A stretch of 47,637 nucleotides of DNA. Origin: Craspedostauros australis. Its lineage: Eukaryota. The notes under the pieces are model-generated. The model saw only the letters and a program-made list of their open reading frames with translations. It ran no database searches and was not told the DNA's origin. The position numbers and the translations under genes were made by a program. Location: positions 1 to 47,637 of the forward strand of contig JALAGF010002857.1 of the NCBI GenBank assembly GCA_030167865.1. The letters are read 5' to 3'. Of the stretch, positions 1 through 9,715 are shown one piece after another (the first letter of the stretch is position 1; each line of letters opens with the position of its first letter).

Positions 1-326
1 CATGCATCATTCACAGGATTGGCAGCCGAGGTGAAGACGATGTTGTGGTGATTGGCGAAGCACTGTCGTCTGCGTCGTACAGATTGCCAATGCGCTTCGT
101 TGTATTCCGAGACGATTGGATGTTGCTGGTTTCCATTGTGAGACTGGTCAACGTGGAGTGTTGTTGGCTGTCCTGGCCTGGCACATTCTGTTGTCGCCGC
201 GCGCAGTCATCATCTTGTCTTGCGGAGGAAGAGTCGCACGATGTCTCTTCCTCTGTTGTGACTCGTTTCTCATGACGTGGAATACGTTCCCTGTGACGTA
301 GAAGACGGATCAGCGAGAGCAAACAC

Positions 327-340
327 NNNNNNNNNNNNNN
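327..340. other. Assembly gap (run of N)
   Basis: Run of n characters; contiguity across it is not guaranteed. Confidence 0.97.
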
Positions 341-411
341 TATCCAATCGCCGTTTCTCCCAAAAGCAAGCAAACCAGTGACAACAAGGGGCCAAAACTC
401 CACAACTAGTG

Positions 412-2439
412 TTATCGTGAGTGCATCAACTGCGACCTGGAGGTAGTACTTCCAACGGCAAACTTGAGCTTGGGCTTGAGCTTGAGCTTGGGCTTTGCCT
501 GAGTTTTGGCCTTCTTGGCTTTCGCTAGATCCAGTTCGCGTCGCTTGCGGAAGGCATGTGCCACCTTCTCTCTCGCAATACACCACGTCGCTTCGGACCA
601 TGCATCATTGTCTGCATCTTTCTTGAGGAACCGGCCCCTCTTCTTGTAGACGATTCGCACGATGTCTTTGGCCAGGTCGTACTTTTCGGGTCGCGAAGCT
701 TTATCGTATTCCTTCGATCTGTCAGCAACGATGGAACGCAGGAACTTGTTGCCTGGATGTTGCAAATATCGATGACCACGTCCCATGATTACATCATCGT
801 TGGTTGGGATGATGGGACCATTGCTGCTGTCATCCTTTGCCCCGACGTTTGCAGTACTGGCTGAGATGTTAGAGGTCGATGAAGATGACGATGTTGCCCC
901 TGTCATGAGTGATTCAGCCGATGCCTCATCTGACCCCGTGACGCAAAAGTCCGGTTGGCAGGCTGTGTTTGAATGGCATGAATAGTTGGACTTTGCACCC
1001 CGGGAGGCTGCCTTGGCCATGCGAGTTCGGATGAACAATTGGTCAAGGTTGCAGTTGTTATATCGCATGATGGAGTCCGGAGCCAGCATCCAATGCCCTT
1101 CTGAGATCTTCTTCTGCATGACCCAGTCCATGTGATCCGAGGAAAGAAGCTCACCAGCTGAATCTACCTGCGGGATGCATTCGGTGGGGATGCCATACGT
1201 CAGCAGCTCATCGAGGTTGCTTCTTTGGTTGGAATCCACGTGGACGTGAAATCGATCATGGTAATCTCTGGCAACGGAACTCTGGACTTTATGGATGAGG
1301 GCTTGGTCACGATGCTGCTGTTGGTTGCCAACGTAATGCAGATGCTCCAAGCGAAGTGCCATCAGGTGCGTCATTTTGCCCACTTTGGACATGGTGGGAT
1401 TGATGTGCTCTTGTGGCGTCCCTGGCACCACATCGAACTTGTGGACCGAGACGACGCCATTTCGTTGGATGCTGTCACAGCCATAAGCAGTGCTTGAAAG
1501 GTAGTGGAGGAGCTGCACCGCGGCGTAATCCGAGTACGTATCACACGTACTCTTGAAGAAGACCATAACGAACCGTCCTTTGGAGTCACGTCTTGGCAGA
1601 AGCTGAAATTTGCCTATGGTGAGAAGGTGATATGCTTCAACTGACAGATCAGTGAGTCGTAGAGGTCTGCCCAGTGCCTCGGGGCCGAAATGGACCAGGA
1701 TGGAATCATACCATGCGACGAATCTACGCGCCGCGCGCTCTGCGTCGTAGGACTCGCTTCGCAGGAACATGGCACGTAGAGGTCTGCCTTGTGCATACTC
1801 GGGGTTGCGCTGCATTGCCATATCATAGCCAAACTTGCATGTGATATTGGAAAGCTCGACCTCCATCTCATCGAGCTTGGCGCAGAGGAACTCCTCCGCC
1901 TCTTCTATCGGAGGTAGTATGTTGCCCCGGCTATCGTCCTCGACTTGCTGGCGTTGACGCAGCGGGCCCTGGGTGCGTTCATCCGCGAAGAACTGGTTCA
2001 AATCATTTTCATTGATCGTGTCCGCAAGTGGCATAGGTTCTACCGTCATCTCTCCAGACTTCAGAATGGCATTCGCAACATCATCGCGGTCGTTGCCGTC
2101 ATCATCGCCACCGTCACTATCGTTGATGACGATGATGTGATCAAAGTTGCTATCGTTGATGTTGGCATTGATGCTCTTCTGAGTCGATTCGGTAGAATCG
2201 TGGATGTGTCCGCGCGAGGCTGTGCACGTCACATCAGAGCCGAAAGTGTTGTGATCAATCGTTTCCTGCTGTCCAGTTCGAGTGGAACATGTTGGTGCAG
2301 CGGGGTGTCTATCGCTCACGCCCTGTGCAACTCCACCCCCGTGTTCTTTTGACAAAATGAGAGGATCCACCATCGTCATCCATTCTTCTACACCATTCAT
2401 TGCGACTGGATGGGTGGAATCCGCAAGAACCGACTTCAT
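412..2439 (-). CDS. CRAL-TRIO-like + DUF6824-type domain protein, paralog 1
   Basis: Intact ~675-aa ORF (first ATG 2439; track start 2445 is GTG). MFLRSESYDAERAARRF and LLPRRDSKGRFVMVF match the CRAL-TRIO N-terminal FLR..yD.e.A and P..D..GR.V motifs; IQRNGVVSV and LRLEHLHY match the CRAL-TRIO core. C-terminal DVIMGRG..HPGN..GRFLK..W.E..AREKVAHAFR is the DUF6824-type signature. Confidence 0.9.
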   Translation of the reverse strand: MKSVLADSTHPVAMNGVEEWMTMVDPLILSKEHGGGVAQGVSDRHPAAPTCSTRTGQQETIDHNTFGSDVTCTASRGHIHDSTESTQKSINANINDSNFDHIIVINDSDGGDDDGNDRDDVANAILKSGEMTVEPMPLADTINENDLNQFFADERTQGPLRQRQQVEDDSRGNILPPIEEAEEFLCAKLDEMEVELSNITCKFGYDMAMQRNPEYAQGRPLRAMFLRSESYDAERAARRFVAWYDSILVHFGPEALGRPLRLTDLSVEAYHLLTIGKFQLLPRRDSKGRFVMVFFKSTCDTYSDYAAVQLLHYLSSTAYGCDSIQRNGVVSVHKFDVVPGTPQEHINPTMSKVGKMTHLMALRLEHLHYVGNQQQHRDQALIHKVQSSVARDYHDRFHVHVDSNQRSNLDELLTYGIPTECIPQVDSAGELLSSDHMDWVMQKKISEGHWMLAPDSIMRYNNCNLDQLFIRTRMAKAASRGAKSNYSCHSNTACQPDFCVTGSDEASAESLMTGATSSSSSTSNISASTANVGAKDDSSNGPIIPTNDDVIMGRGHRYLQHPGNKFLRSIVADRSKEYDKASRPEKYDLAKDIVRIVYKKRGRFLKKDADNDAWSEATWCIAREKVAHAFRKRRELDLAKAKKAKTQAKPKLKLKPKLKFAVGSTTSRSQLMHSR

Positions 2440-3369
2440 CTTCACCGCAGCTGGTCACGCGTGGGAGGTGACAGATGGGCCGCGTGTTGGCTGACTTTTT
2501 TTTACTTTTATGGGAAACTCCGTGAATGCCGGTGACTTTGGCAAGATGCCTTGTACTACTTGCGAGAATTCTCAAATAAAGGGGAGTTTCCTGGAGGTGT
2601 TACGGCGAAGTGGGTCTGCCGTCCATCTCGACCTTGTGTGGCGCCTCCACCGCACCAGCAACTAGTCGTATCTCAGTTTCCTCCACGCCATCCATCCGCG
2701 CCGATCGAGCGAAGGAGAGAGAATGCGCAGGAGTTCCTCCTTGTGTCCCAGCTGCGTTGTGGTCGTTCTACGCAGTTCGCGGAATACCCTGGAAGTTTGC
2801 TCTTTCTACTCGCTGCTCCTACTAGTGCGCGCACGTGGTTGATGACGCTCATTCGCACAACAAAGTGGTTTGGGCATCGACTCCACAAATGACCGACGCA
2901 AGAGCACTTGAGTCGTGCTGCTCTGCGAAAAGGACCAGATATGTGGAAGCTCATCAGCGTCGTTCAGTGCTGATTTTGGCCCGCCCGAGAACGAGGGAGT
3001 AGCAATTCTCCGGTCAGCTCTCGCAGACGCTGGCGTGGGGACTGAGATTCGGACGTGTGTGGCTCGAATGTATGTTTGTACGGTAGTATGCGATTGGAAA
3101 AGAGGCGTACACAAGATGACCAAAGATGGTGGAGCGGGAACATATGAGAAAGTACTCGAATTCTGCTGATGCAAGGTGATGTGATCGTTGATGGTTGGTC
3201 GTCAGTCGCAGACCATCAATCAATTGCGCAGTTTGCTGTGAGAGCAAAAACCGGCGACGAGTGCAAAAAAATGAACAATCCAAGTCAAGTCCCTGGCAGG
3301 CAACGCCACATCCTGGGCATCGTCTCGCGGCTCAAGTGGCATGATCTTCGGGGAGCCTTTCAGTGCGGG

Positions 3370-3408
3370 GGTCTCAAGTGGTGCAATGGTCTCAAGTGGT
3401 GCAATGGT
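3370..3408. repeat. Perfect 18-bp tandem duplication (ggtctcaagtggtgcaat x2 + ggt)
   Basis: Read directly: 3370-3387 equals 3388-3405. Confidence 0.92.
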
Positions 3409-3964
3409 GGACGCGGAGACCACCATGAGAAATCCAAGCCGGCTCACTTGGCATGCAGAGCCAGCTCAACCTTCATGGGCCCAACACTCGCAAGTACCTA
3501 TCTCCTCAACACATCTCAGACATTGATGAAACTCAAGGGATAGTACTATGATATTATGGATGGTACTTGTACCATGCAGACGAATCCACTCCGATTCAGG
3601 AGACGTGTGAAGCAACATGCCTGAGCGTGGATTACTTTCTGGGACCAACGCGCGGAGAGCGTGACAAAGGGTTCGAATCCGTCCGCAACCTGAAGAAGTT
3701 CATTCCCTCCCGGTGGTGACGCGTCCACGTGTACGTATCGTATGCTATGCATGAATGCCAATAATAGGACCAACATAAAATGCTCCTACTCCTACTCACA
3801 CCATGCCCCAAACAACAGGAGCGACATAATGCGGTTTGTGGTTGGATTGAATCCACGCAAGAGGATAGCATGTGCCGCTCGCTGATTCTATACGACGCGA
3901 ATCATTGTATCTTGGCACGGCCCCATCTCCAATCGCACATTCACACCGAACGCGCACACTGTGA

Positions 3965-5830
3965 TCACTTCTTCTGTTTGACCTTGGCGCTCTTGGCTTT
4001 TGCCAAATCGAGCTCGCGTCGCTTGCGGAAGGCATGCGCCACTTTCTCTCGCGCAACGCCCCACGTTGCTTCGGACCAGGTGCCTGCCGTTGCATCGATC
4101 TTGAGGAAACGCCGTTTCTCCTTGTAAATGAGCCGCACGACTTCCTTCGCCATGTCGTACTTTTCGGCTCGTGAAGCCGTGTCGTACTCCTTCGATCTGT
4201 CGGCCACCATGGATCGCAAGTACTTATTCCCCGGGTGGTGCAAATACGGACGCCCTCGCCCCATGAGCACATCACCGTCGGTTGGGATAATGAGATCGCT
4301 GTCGTCATCGTCCTTGTGCTCACTGTTTGCGCTGTTGGCCGTTACGGCAGACGAAGCTGACGACGACGACGACGACGACGACGTAGTCGCTGTTGTGGAT
4401 GACGCAGTCGATGCCTCATCCGAAACCATGGTGCCCATGTCTGGTTCAGATATTGTGCTATGGGTGTCCTTGTTGAAATCTGATTGCGCGCCTCCGGTGA
4501 TCGTCTTGTTCATGCGAGTACGGATGAACAGTTGATCAAGATTGCGGTTGTTGTAGCGCAGGATGGAGTCTGCAGTCAGTATCCCTAACCCTTCCATAAT
4601 CTTCTGCTGCATGACCCAATCCATGTGATACGACGAGAGAAGATCGCCGGCAGAATCAACTGGTGGGATGAATTCGGAAGGGATGCCATACGTCGACAGT
4701 TCATCGAGGATACCCTTTTGTGTGGATCCCAGGTGCACTTGGAATCGATCACGGAACTCTGTAGCAACGGAACTGTGGACCTTGTCGATGACTGCCTGGT
4801 TTCGGTGGTGCTGCAGATTGCCGACATAATGGAGTTTCTCCACTCGCAGCGGCAGCAGATGTGTGATTTTGCCCAGCCTGTACATGTCGGGGCTGATATT
4901 TTCTTGTGGAGTTCCTGGCACGACATCGAACCTGTGAACGGAGATGACGCCATTTCTTTGAATGTCGCTGCAGTTGTAAGCAGTGCTCGAGATGTAGTGG
5001 AGGAGCTGCGCTGCGGCGTGATCTGAGTATAAGTCGCTAGTGTTCTTGTAGAAGGCCAGAATGTAGCGACCTTCCGAGTCAGGCAGTGGCAGGAGCTGGA
5101 ACTTGCCCAGCGTGAGGAGGTGATACGCCTCTGCCGACAAATCCGTCAACCGCAGAGGTCTCCCCAGTGCTTCGGGACCGAAATGCACCAGGATGGAATC
5201 GTACCAGCCGACAAACCTACGCGCCGCGCGCTCCGCATCGTAGGACTCGCTTCGCAAGAACATCGCACGTAAAGGTCTGCTTTGTGCGTATTCCGGATTG
5301 CTTTGCATGGCCATCTCGAACCCGAGCTTGCTGACGATTTTGGACAGCTCGACCTCCATCTCATCGAGCTTGGTGCAGAGGAACTCTTCTGTTTCTTCTG
5401 GAAGCGCCGTGCTGGGCTGGATGTCGTAGTCGATTTGCTGGTGTTCCAGAATCGGGAGTTGGGGTTCGTCGTTCGTACTCGTATTTGTGATTGCATTCCT
5501 GGGATCTGCGAATGGCTCGGATTGCGCTGTCATGAGTTCGGGCCGCAGGATGGTGCTGTCGCTATTGCCACAGCTGATGCTGGTGCCATTTGCATCTTGG
5601 CGCCTGTAATCGTATTGGTCTTCATGCTCCCACCCGCACGGACCAGCTCCGTCGAATGCATCGCCGTCCACCTGTTGCGAGTTGGCTGGATGCATGTCGC
5701 CATCGGTTGCGTCGTCGCAGCACTCCTCCAAAGTACGGAGCGGATCCGCCAGCGCCATCAGGCTGTCTATTTCCTCCGTCTCGGTGTCAAGGCCGGAGGC
5801 AGGGAGATCGAAATCCATCGCAGCATTCAT
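3965..5830 (-). CDS. CRAL-TRIO-like + DUF6824-type domain protein, paralog 2
   Basis: 621-aa ATG-initiated ORF, collinear with paralog 1 (MFLRSESYDAERAARRF; LPLRVEKLHY; DVLMGRGRPYLHHPGN...AREKVAHAFRKRR). Confidence 0.92.
   Translation of the reverse strand: MNAAMDFDLPASGLDTETEEIDSLMALADPLRTLEECCDDATDGDMHPANSQQVDGDAFDGAGPCGWEHEDQYDYRRQDANGTSISCGNSDSTILRPELMTAQSEPFADPRNAITNTSTNDEPQLPILEHQQIDYDIQPSTALPEETEEFLCTKLDEMEVELSKIVSKLGFEMAMQSNPEYAQSRPLRAMFLRSESYDAERAARRFVGWYDSILVHFGPEALGRPLRLTDLSAEAYHLLTLGKFQLLPLPDSEGRYILAFYKNTSDLYSDHAAAQLLHYISSTAYNCSDIQRNGVISVHRFDVVPGTPQENISPDMYRLGKITHLLPLRVEKLHYVGNLQHHRNQAVIDKVHSSVATEFRDRFQVHLGSTQKGILDELSTYGIPSEFIPPVDSAGDLLSSYHMDWVMQQKIMEGLGILTADSILRYNNRNLDQLFIRTRMNKTITGGAQSDFNKDTHSTISEPDMGTMVSDEASTASSTTATTSSSSSSSSASSAVTANSANSEHKDDDDSDLIIPTDGDVLMGRGRPYLHHPGNKYLRSMVADRSKEYDTASRAEKYDMAKEVVRLIYKEKRRFLKIDATAGTWSEATWGVAREKVAHAFRKRRELDLAKAKSAKVKQKK
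4359..4383. repeat. (GAC)n microsatellite encoding poly-Ser in the linker of paralog 2
   Basis: About 8 consecutive gac units; reads TCG/Ser on the coding strand. Confidence 0.9.
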
Positions 5831-6269
5831 TGGAAATTGGAGATGGGCTTGTCAGAGAATCTTTTACTGTTGCTTGACTTTGCTTTGCTTTGCTTGGGAT
5901 GATTGCTATTGTTGGTGATGGCGGTATCCGTCGCTTGATTTGTGCAACATCGTCGAGATGACAACAATGCATCGAAGGCGTCTTTCACACCTGGCGTCTC
6001 GTTTGGGAGCGGATGTCTGTGCTTTGTTGTTCTTCGGTCGTCGTGTCGACGCATCGTATTTTTGTTGTCATGTTGCTTCTGTTGGTTGACAGATGACGAT
6101 TCGGATCGATCAGCAACAGTTTCTGTTTCGCGAAGCAGCCAGCTGCTGGCTGCGAATCAGTAGGATTGCCACGAACAACATGGATGTTCGTCTGCGTTCT
6201 CGTTTCTCCGAACGGGCAGAACAAAGAACCGGCACCAGCGTCACAACAGAACCCTTTGTTCACTCTGTA

Positions 6270-6395
6270 TTTAACGGCGGCAATCTTGCGAGTAGATCCA
6301 TTGGGTTCCTGGGGATTCCAATCCATCCGCCCCTCCCCAACGAGACAGAAAGAGATTCGGAGATTGTGTGGGAAGAGAGTGTCACACAGAGAACA
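6270..6395 (-). promoter_or_regulatory. Conserved non-coding block upstream of paralog 2 (homologous to 9043-9165)
   Basis: tttaacgg..gcgag..atc.attgggttc.tg.ggattc...tccgcccctc is shared with the upstream region of paralog 3. Homology is visible; regulatory function is inferred. Confidence 0.5.
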
Positions 6396-6872
6396 GGATC
6401 ACGATCGAGGTGCATCGTGGATGAGCAGAGTCGTGGCACCAGCTCATGTTGCCTCCCTATCCGTGGGCGACATCGCGAAGTACATCTGTGTAGCACACGA
6501 TAGATCGTATCATATCATGGATAATAGTAGCATGTAATAGTAGTATTCCTGTACTATTCTGCGAGGACGGGCCATGGCGCAGAAGTCCCACCACCAGCGT
6601 CCAGAGTGAAGCACAAGCATTGCAATTGAGTGGAGTGATTGGAAGTCGGTACGCTTCGGTAGCAACCGCATCAGAAAGCTGTGCTGTTTCGGTGACAATC
6701 AACAATACATGCATTACGCGTGGCGTGTGTACTCTATGTACTCTACGCTTGACGGCCTTTGTCCTCTCTTCCTCTTTTCATTCATCTATTCATACCACCT
6801 GTTGGCACAGGCGCAGTCCAACTCTCTCTCTCTCTATGTATACATCAGCACCGAGGATGTTCCATTCAATGA

Positions 6873-8816
6873 TCACGACCACTTCTGCTGCTCCTCCTGC
6901 TGTTGCTTGGCTTTGGCTTTCCTGGCTTTCGCCAAATCCAGCTCCCGTCGCTTTCGAAAGGCATGTGCGACCTTTTCCCGAGCAACGCACCACGTGACCT
7001 CCACCCACAAACCTGTCGTTGCGTCCATCTTCAGGAACCTCCCCTGTTTCCCGTAGATCGCTCTCACGACGTCCTTGGCCATGTCGTACTTTTTAGCTCG
7101 TGAAGCTTTGTCATACTCCTTGGATTTGTCTGCCACCTTGGAACGTAAGAATCGATTTCCTGGATGCTTCAAGAACGGCCGTCGCTGTCCCATGAGCACA
7201 TCGTCGTCCGTGGGAATGATCTCGTCAGTCTTGTCCTCGCCGCTCGCATGGCTTGTGCTGATGGCAGTATTCGACGAAGAGGCCGACGCTTCATCGGAGA
7301 CCGTGGTGCACGAATCCGTCTCAGACGCTGCAGTGTGGCGTTTGTTGGTGATCGCGTTGGTCGTGCGCGTTCGGAGCAGTAGCTGATAGAGGTTGCAGTT
7401 GTTGTGACGCATGATGGAGTTGGGAGCCAGGATACCGCATCCTTCCAAGATCTTGCGTTTGGTGACCCAATGCATGTGATTCGAAATGAGGATGTCGCCG
7501 GCGTTATCCACAAAGGGCAGATCTCTGATCGGAACCCCAAACGTTGACAAGAGCTCCATGTTGGTGCGATAGTTATCTCCCAAATGAACACGGAATCGGT
7601 TGCGGATGTCGTCGGCGATGGAACGCTGGAACTTATTGACCGCCGTTTGGACGATCTGGTATTCCTGGTTGCCGACGAAATGAAATGCCTCCAAACGTAC
7701 CGGCATCAGATGCGTCACGTGACCACAATGATACATGTCTGGATCAACGCGCTCTTTGGGCGTTCCTGGCACGACGTCGAACTTATGTACGGTGATCACA
7801 CCTTGGCGTTGGAGGTCGTCGCAACCATAGATCGAGCATGTGATGTACAAGAGAACTTGCATGATCGCGTAGGTCGAATAGGTATCAACCGTGTTCTTGA
7901 AGAACACCATTACGGACCTCCCCGCGGCATCTGGCGTGGGCAAGAGCTGGAACTTGCCAATCATGAGAATGTGATACGCTTCCGGAGTCAGGTCTATCAA
8001 ACGCAATGGCCTCGCGACCGCTTCGACACCGAAATGCTCCAGGATGGCATCATACCAACGGACCAGTTTGTGTGCTGCAAGGTGAGAGTCGTAGGCAGCG
8101 CTCCTCAGGAACATCTCGCGCATGGGTCTGCCTCCAGCATATTCCGGGTTGAGTTCCAAAGCCATCTCGTAGCCACGCTTACTGGCGATCTTGGATATCT
8201 CAGATTCCATGTCATCAAGCTTGGCGCAGAGGAACTCTTCAGTCTCCTCCACCAGCAATCTTGTGCCATGGATATCATCTTCGATCTGCTGACGTTCGAG
8301 CATCGCGTCCCTAGCAAGCTCATCAGCAAACAGTTGCAGTGGATCCATGGGATCGCTGAGATCCAAAAATTCGTCTGGGGACGACGGCGGGTGTTGTTGC
8401 TCTTGGTGGTAGTGATGCGGTGGCATTGGCTCTGCTTGAGTCTCAAGGATGACGTCATCACCTTCACCAATGCTTGCAGTGTTTAGATCGATAGCATTTC
8501 CCCGCCTGGTTCTGGTGATGGCAATGTCATACTCGTATGAATGGCTGTGCCCCTCCCCCACGCCGTCCACGCGGATGGCAGTGTTTATCTCTTCTGCTTG
8601 TTGCGTTCCGGCATGGTCGATGTGCATCCTTGCATGCTGGGTGGGCAAGGTTTCATTGATATCGCTCACGCAATCCAATGTCCCATCCTCCAAGCACTCA
8701 TCCAAGATATTGAGAGGATCCACCGCCGCCATCGATAACTCGTCTGGTTTGTTCGAGATACGGTCAGGCAAAAGGAAACGATCAGGATGCGTAGGTGCTG
8801 CGGTGTCTGTCGCCAT
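6873..8816 (-). CDS. CRAL-TRIO-like + DUF6824-type domain protein, paralog 3
   Basis: 647-aa ATG-initiated ORF; MFLRSAAYD, LLPTPDAAGRSVMVF, MPVRLEAFHF; C-terminal DVLMGQRRPFLKHPGN...AREKVAHAFRKRR. Confidence 0.92.
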   Translation of the reverse strand: MATDTAAPTHPDRFLLPDRISNKPDELSMAAVDPLNILDECLEDGTLDCVSDINETLPTQHARMHIDHAGTQQAEEINTAIRVDGVGEGHSHSYEYDIAITRTRRGNAIDLNTASIGEGDDVILETQAEPMPPHHYHQEQQHPPSSPDEFLDLSDPMDPLQLFADELARDAMLERQQIEDDIHGTRLLVEETEEFLCAKLDDMESEISKIASKRGYEMALELNPEYAGGRPMREMFLRSAAYDSHLAAHKLVRWYDAILEHFGVEAVARPLRLIDLTPEAYHILMIGKFQLLPTPDAAGRSVMVFFKNTVDTYSTYAIMQVLLYITCSIYGCDDLQRQGVITVHKFDVVPGTPKERVDPDMYHCGHVTHLMPVRLEAFHFVGNQEYQIVQTAVNKFQRSIADDIRNRFRVHLGDNYRTNMELLSTFGVPIRDLPFVDNAGDILISNHMHWVTKRKILEGCGILAPNSIMRHNNCNLYQLLLRTRTTNAITNKRHTAASETDSCTTVSDEASASSSNTAISTSHASGEDKTDEIIPTDDDVLMGQRRPFLKHPGNRFLRSKVADKSKEYDKASRAKKYDMAKDVVRAIYGKQGRFLKMDATTGLWVEVTWCVAREKVAHAFRKRRELDLAKARKAKAKQQQEEQQKWS

Positions 8817-9042
8817 GTTCTTGGAAGTGATGTAATGATCCTCGCTGACGGCGCAACGTATGAAAAGTGTATGGTAAATTGTACCCTTGGTGTTGGACTG
8901 GTGGGTGATTGTGGGAAGTCGCTATCTTCGCTGGTGTTGGTCGCAACAGTGATGTTGTGGCCGGAGTCAGGTGTTGTTGTTGGTTTCGCTTTCAGCGCTG
9001 TTGATCAGCATGAGTCACCACCGAAGCGTCAACGGCCTCGAC

Positions 9043-9165
9043 TTTAACGGTTGCGAACACGCGAGCGTATCGATTGGGTTCATGAGGATTCATAACTTTC
9101 CGCCCCTCTCAGACGAAGCAAGATTGGATCCTGAGTCGGTGGTGCGAGTGCCCTGTGCGAGAACT
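9043..9165 (-). promoter_or_regulatory. Conserved non-coding block upstream of paralog 3 (homologous to 6270-6395)
   Basis: tttaacggttgcgaacacgcgagcgtatcgattgggttcatgaggattcataactttccgcccctc aligns without gaps to 6270-6337. Confidence 0.5.
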
Positions 9166-9715
9166 TGCGGTTTCACCTATCATATCACAGCACTATACTA
9201 TTATTATTATAATAGTATCATAGTTTACCATACAAATCTGCACACTCTACTTGACTGCAACCCAGCCCATCTCCACTGGCGCAATCAGCGCGGTTGCAAC
9301 AGATGGGCATTTGGTTCCAGACCCTGCACCTGCTAGTCAGCATGCATTGCCAGTCCAGAGCCGAATATCTTCTCCCCTATTCGTGCCGGCGTTGCCGTGC
9401 TGAGGGCATCCAGATTGAAGAATACTCCCAGGCCAACGGTGACTGATAGAGCAAAGAGATCAGAGATATTCCATGCCCACGGCTCATATCCGCACGTAGC
9501 AACCAAGCCAGGAAGCTGCGTCATTTCAGGCATCGTCAACAAGGTGCTACATATTACTCCATGTAGTTGAATACGGCAGTGTCCATGTACATGCATAAAT
9601 CTGTGTGCAGTTGGAGAATGGTGCTCCAACACTTACGTCTATTCATTCATCTACTCTCTCGCTATCCCCTCCCCGTAGAAATGTAGTGTGCTCTGCTCAA
9701 TAGCCAAGGTCATTT

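Noticed and set aside
11-601. 196-aa minus-strand ORF overlapping the end of paralog 1
   Set aside because: Spans an N gap and starts in an alternative frame of paralog 1; the part below 326 might be the tail of a gene but cannot be supported.
2460-3960. Short ORFs between paralogs 1 and 2
   Set aside because: No recognisable homology, no similarity to the paralog family, no terminal repeats seen.
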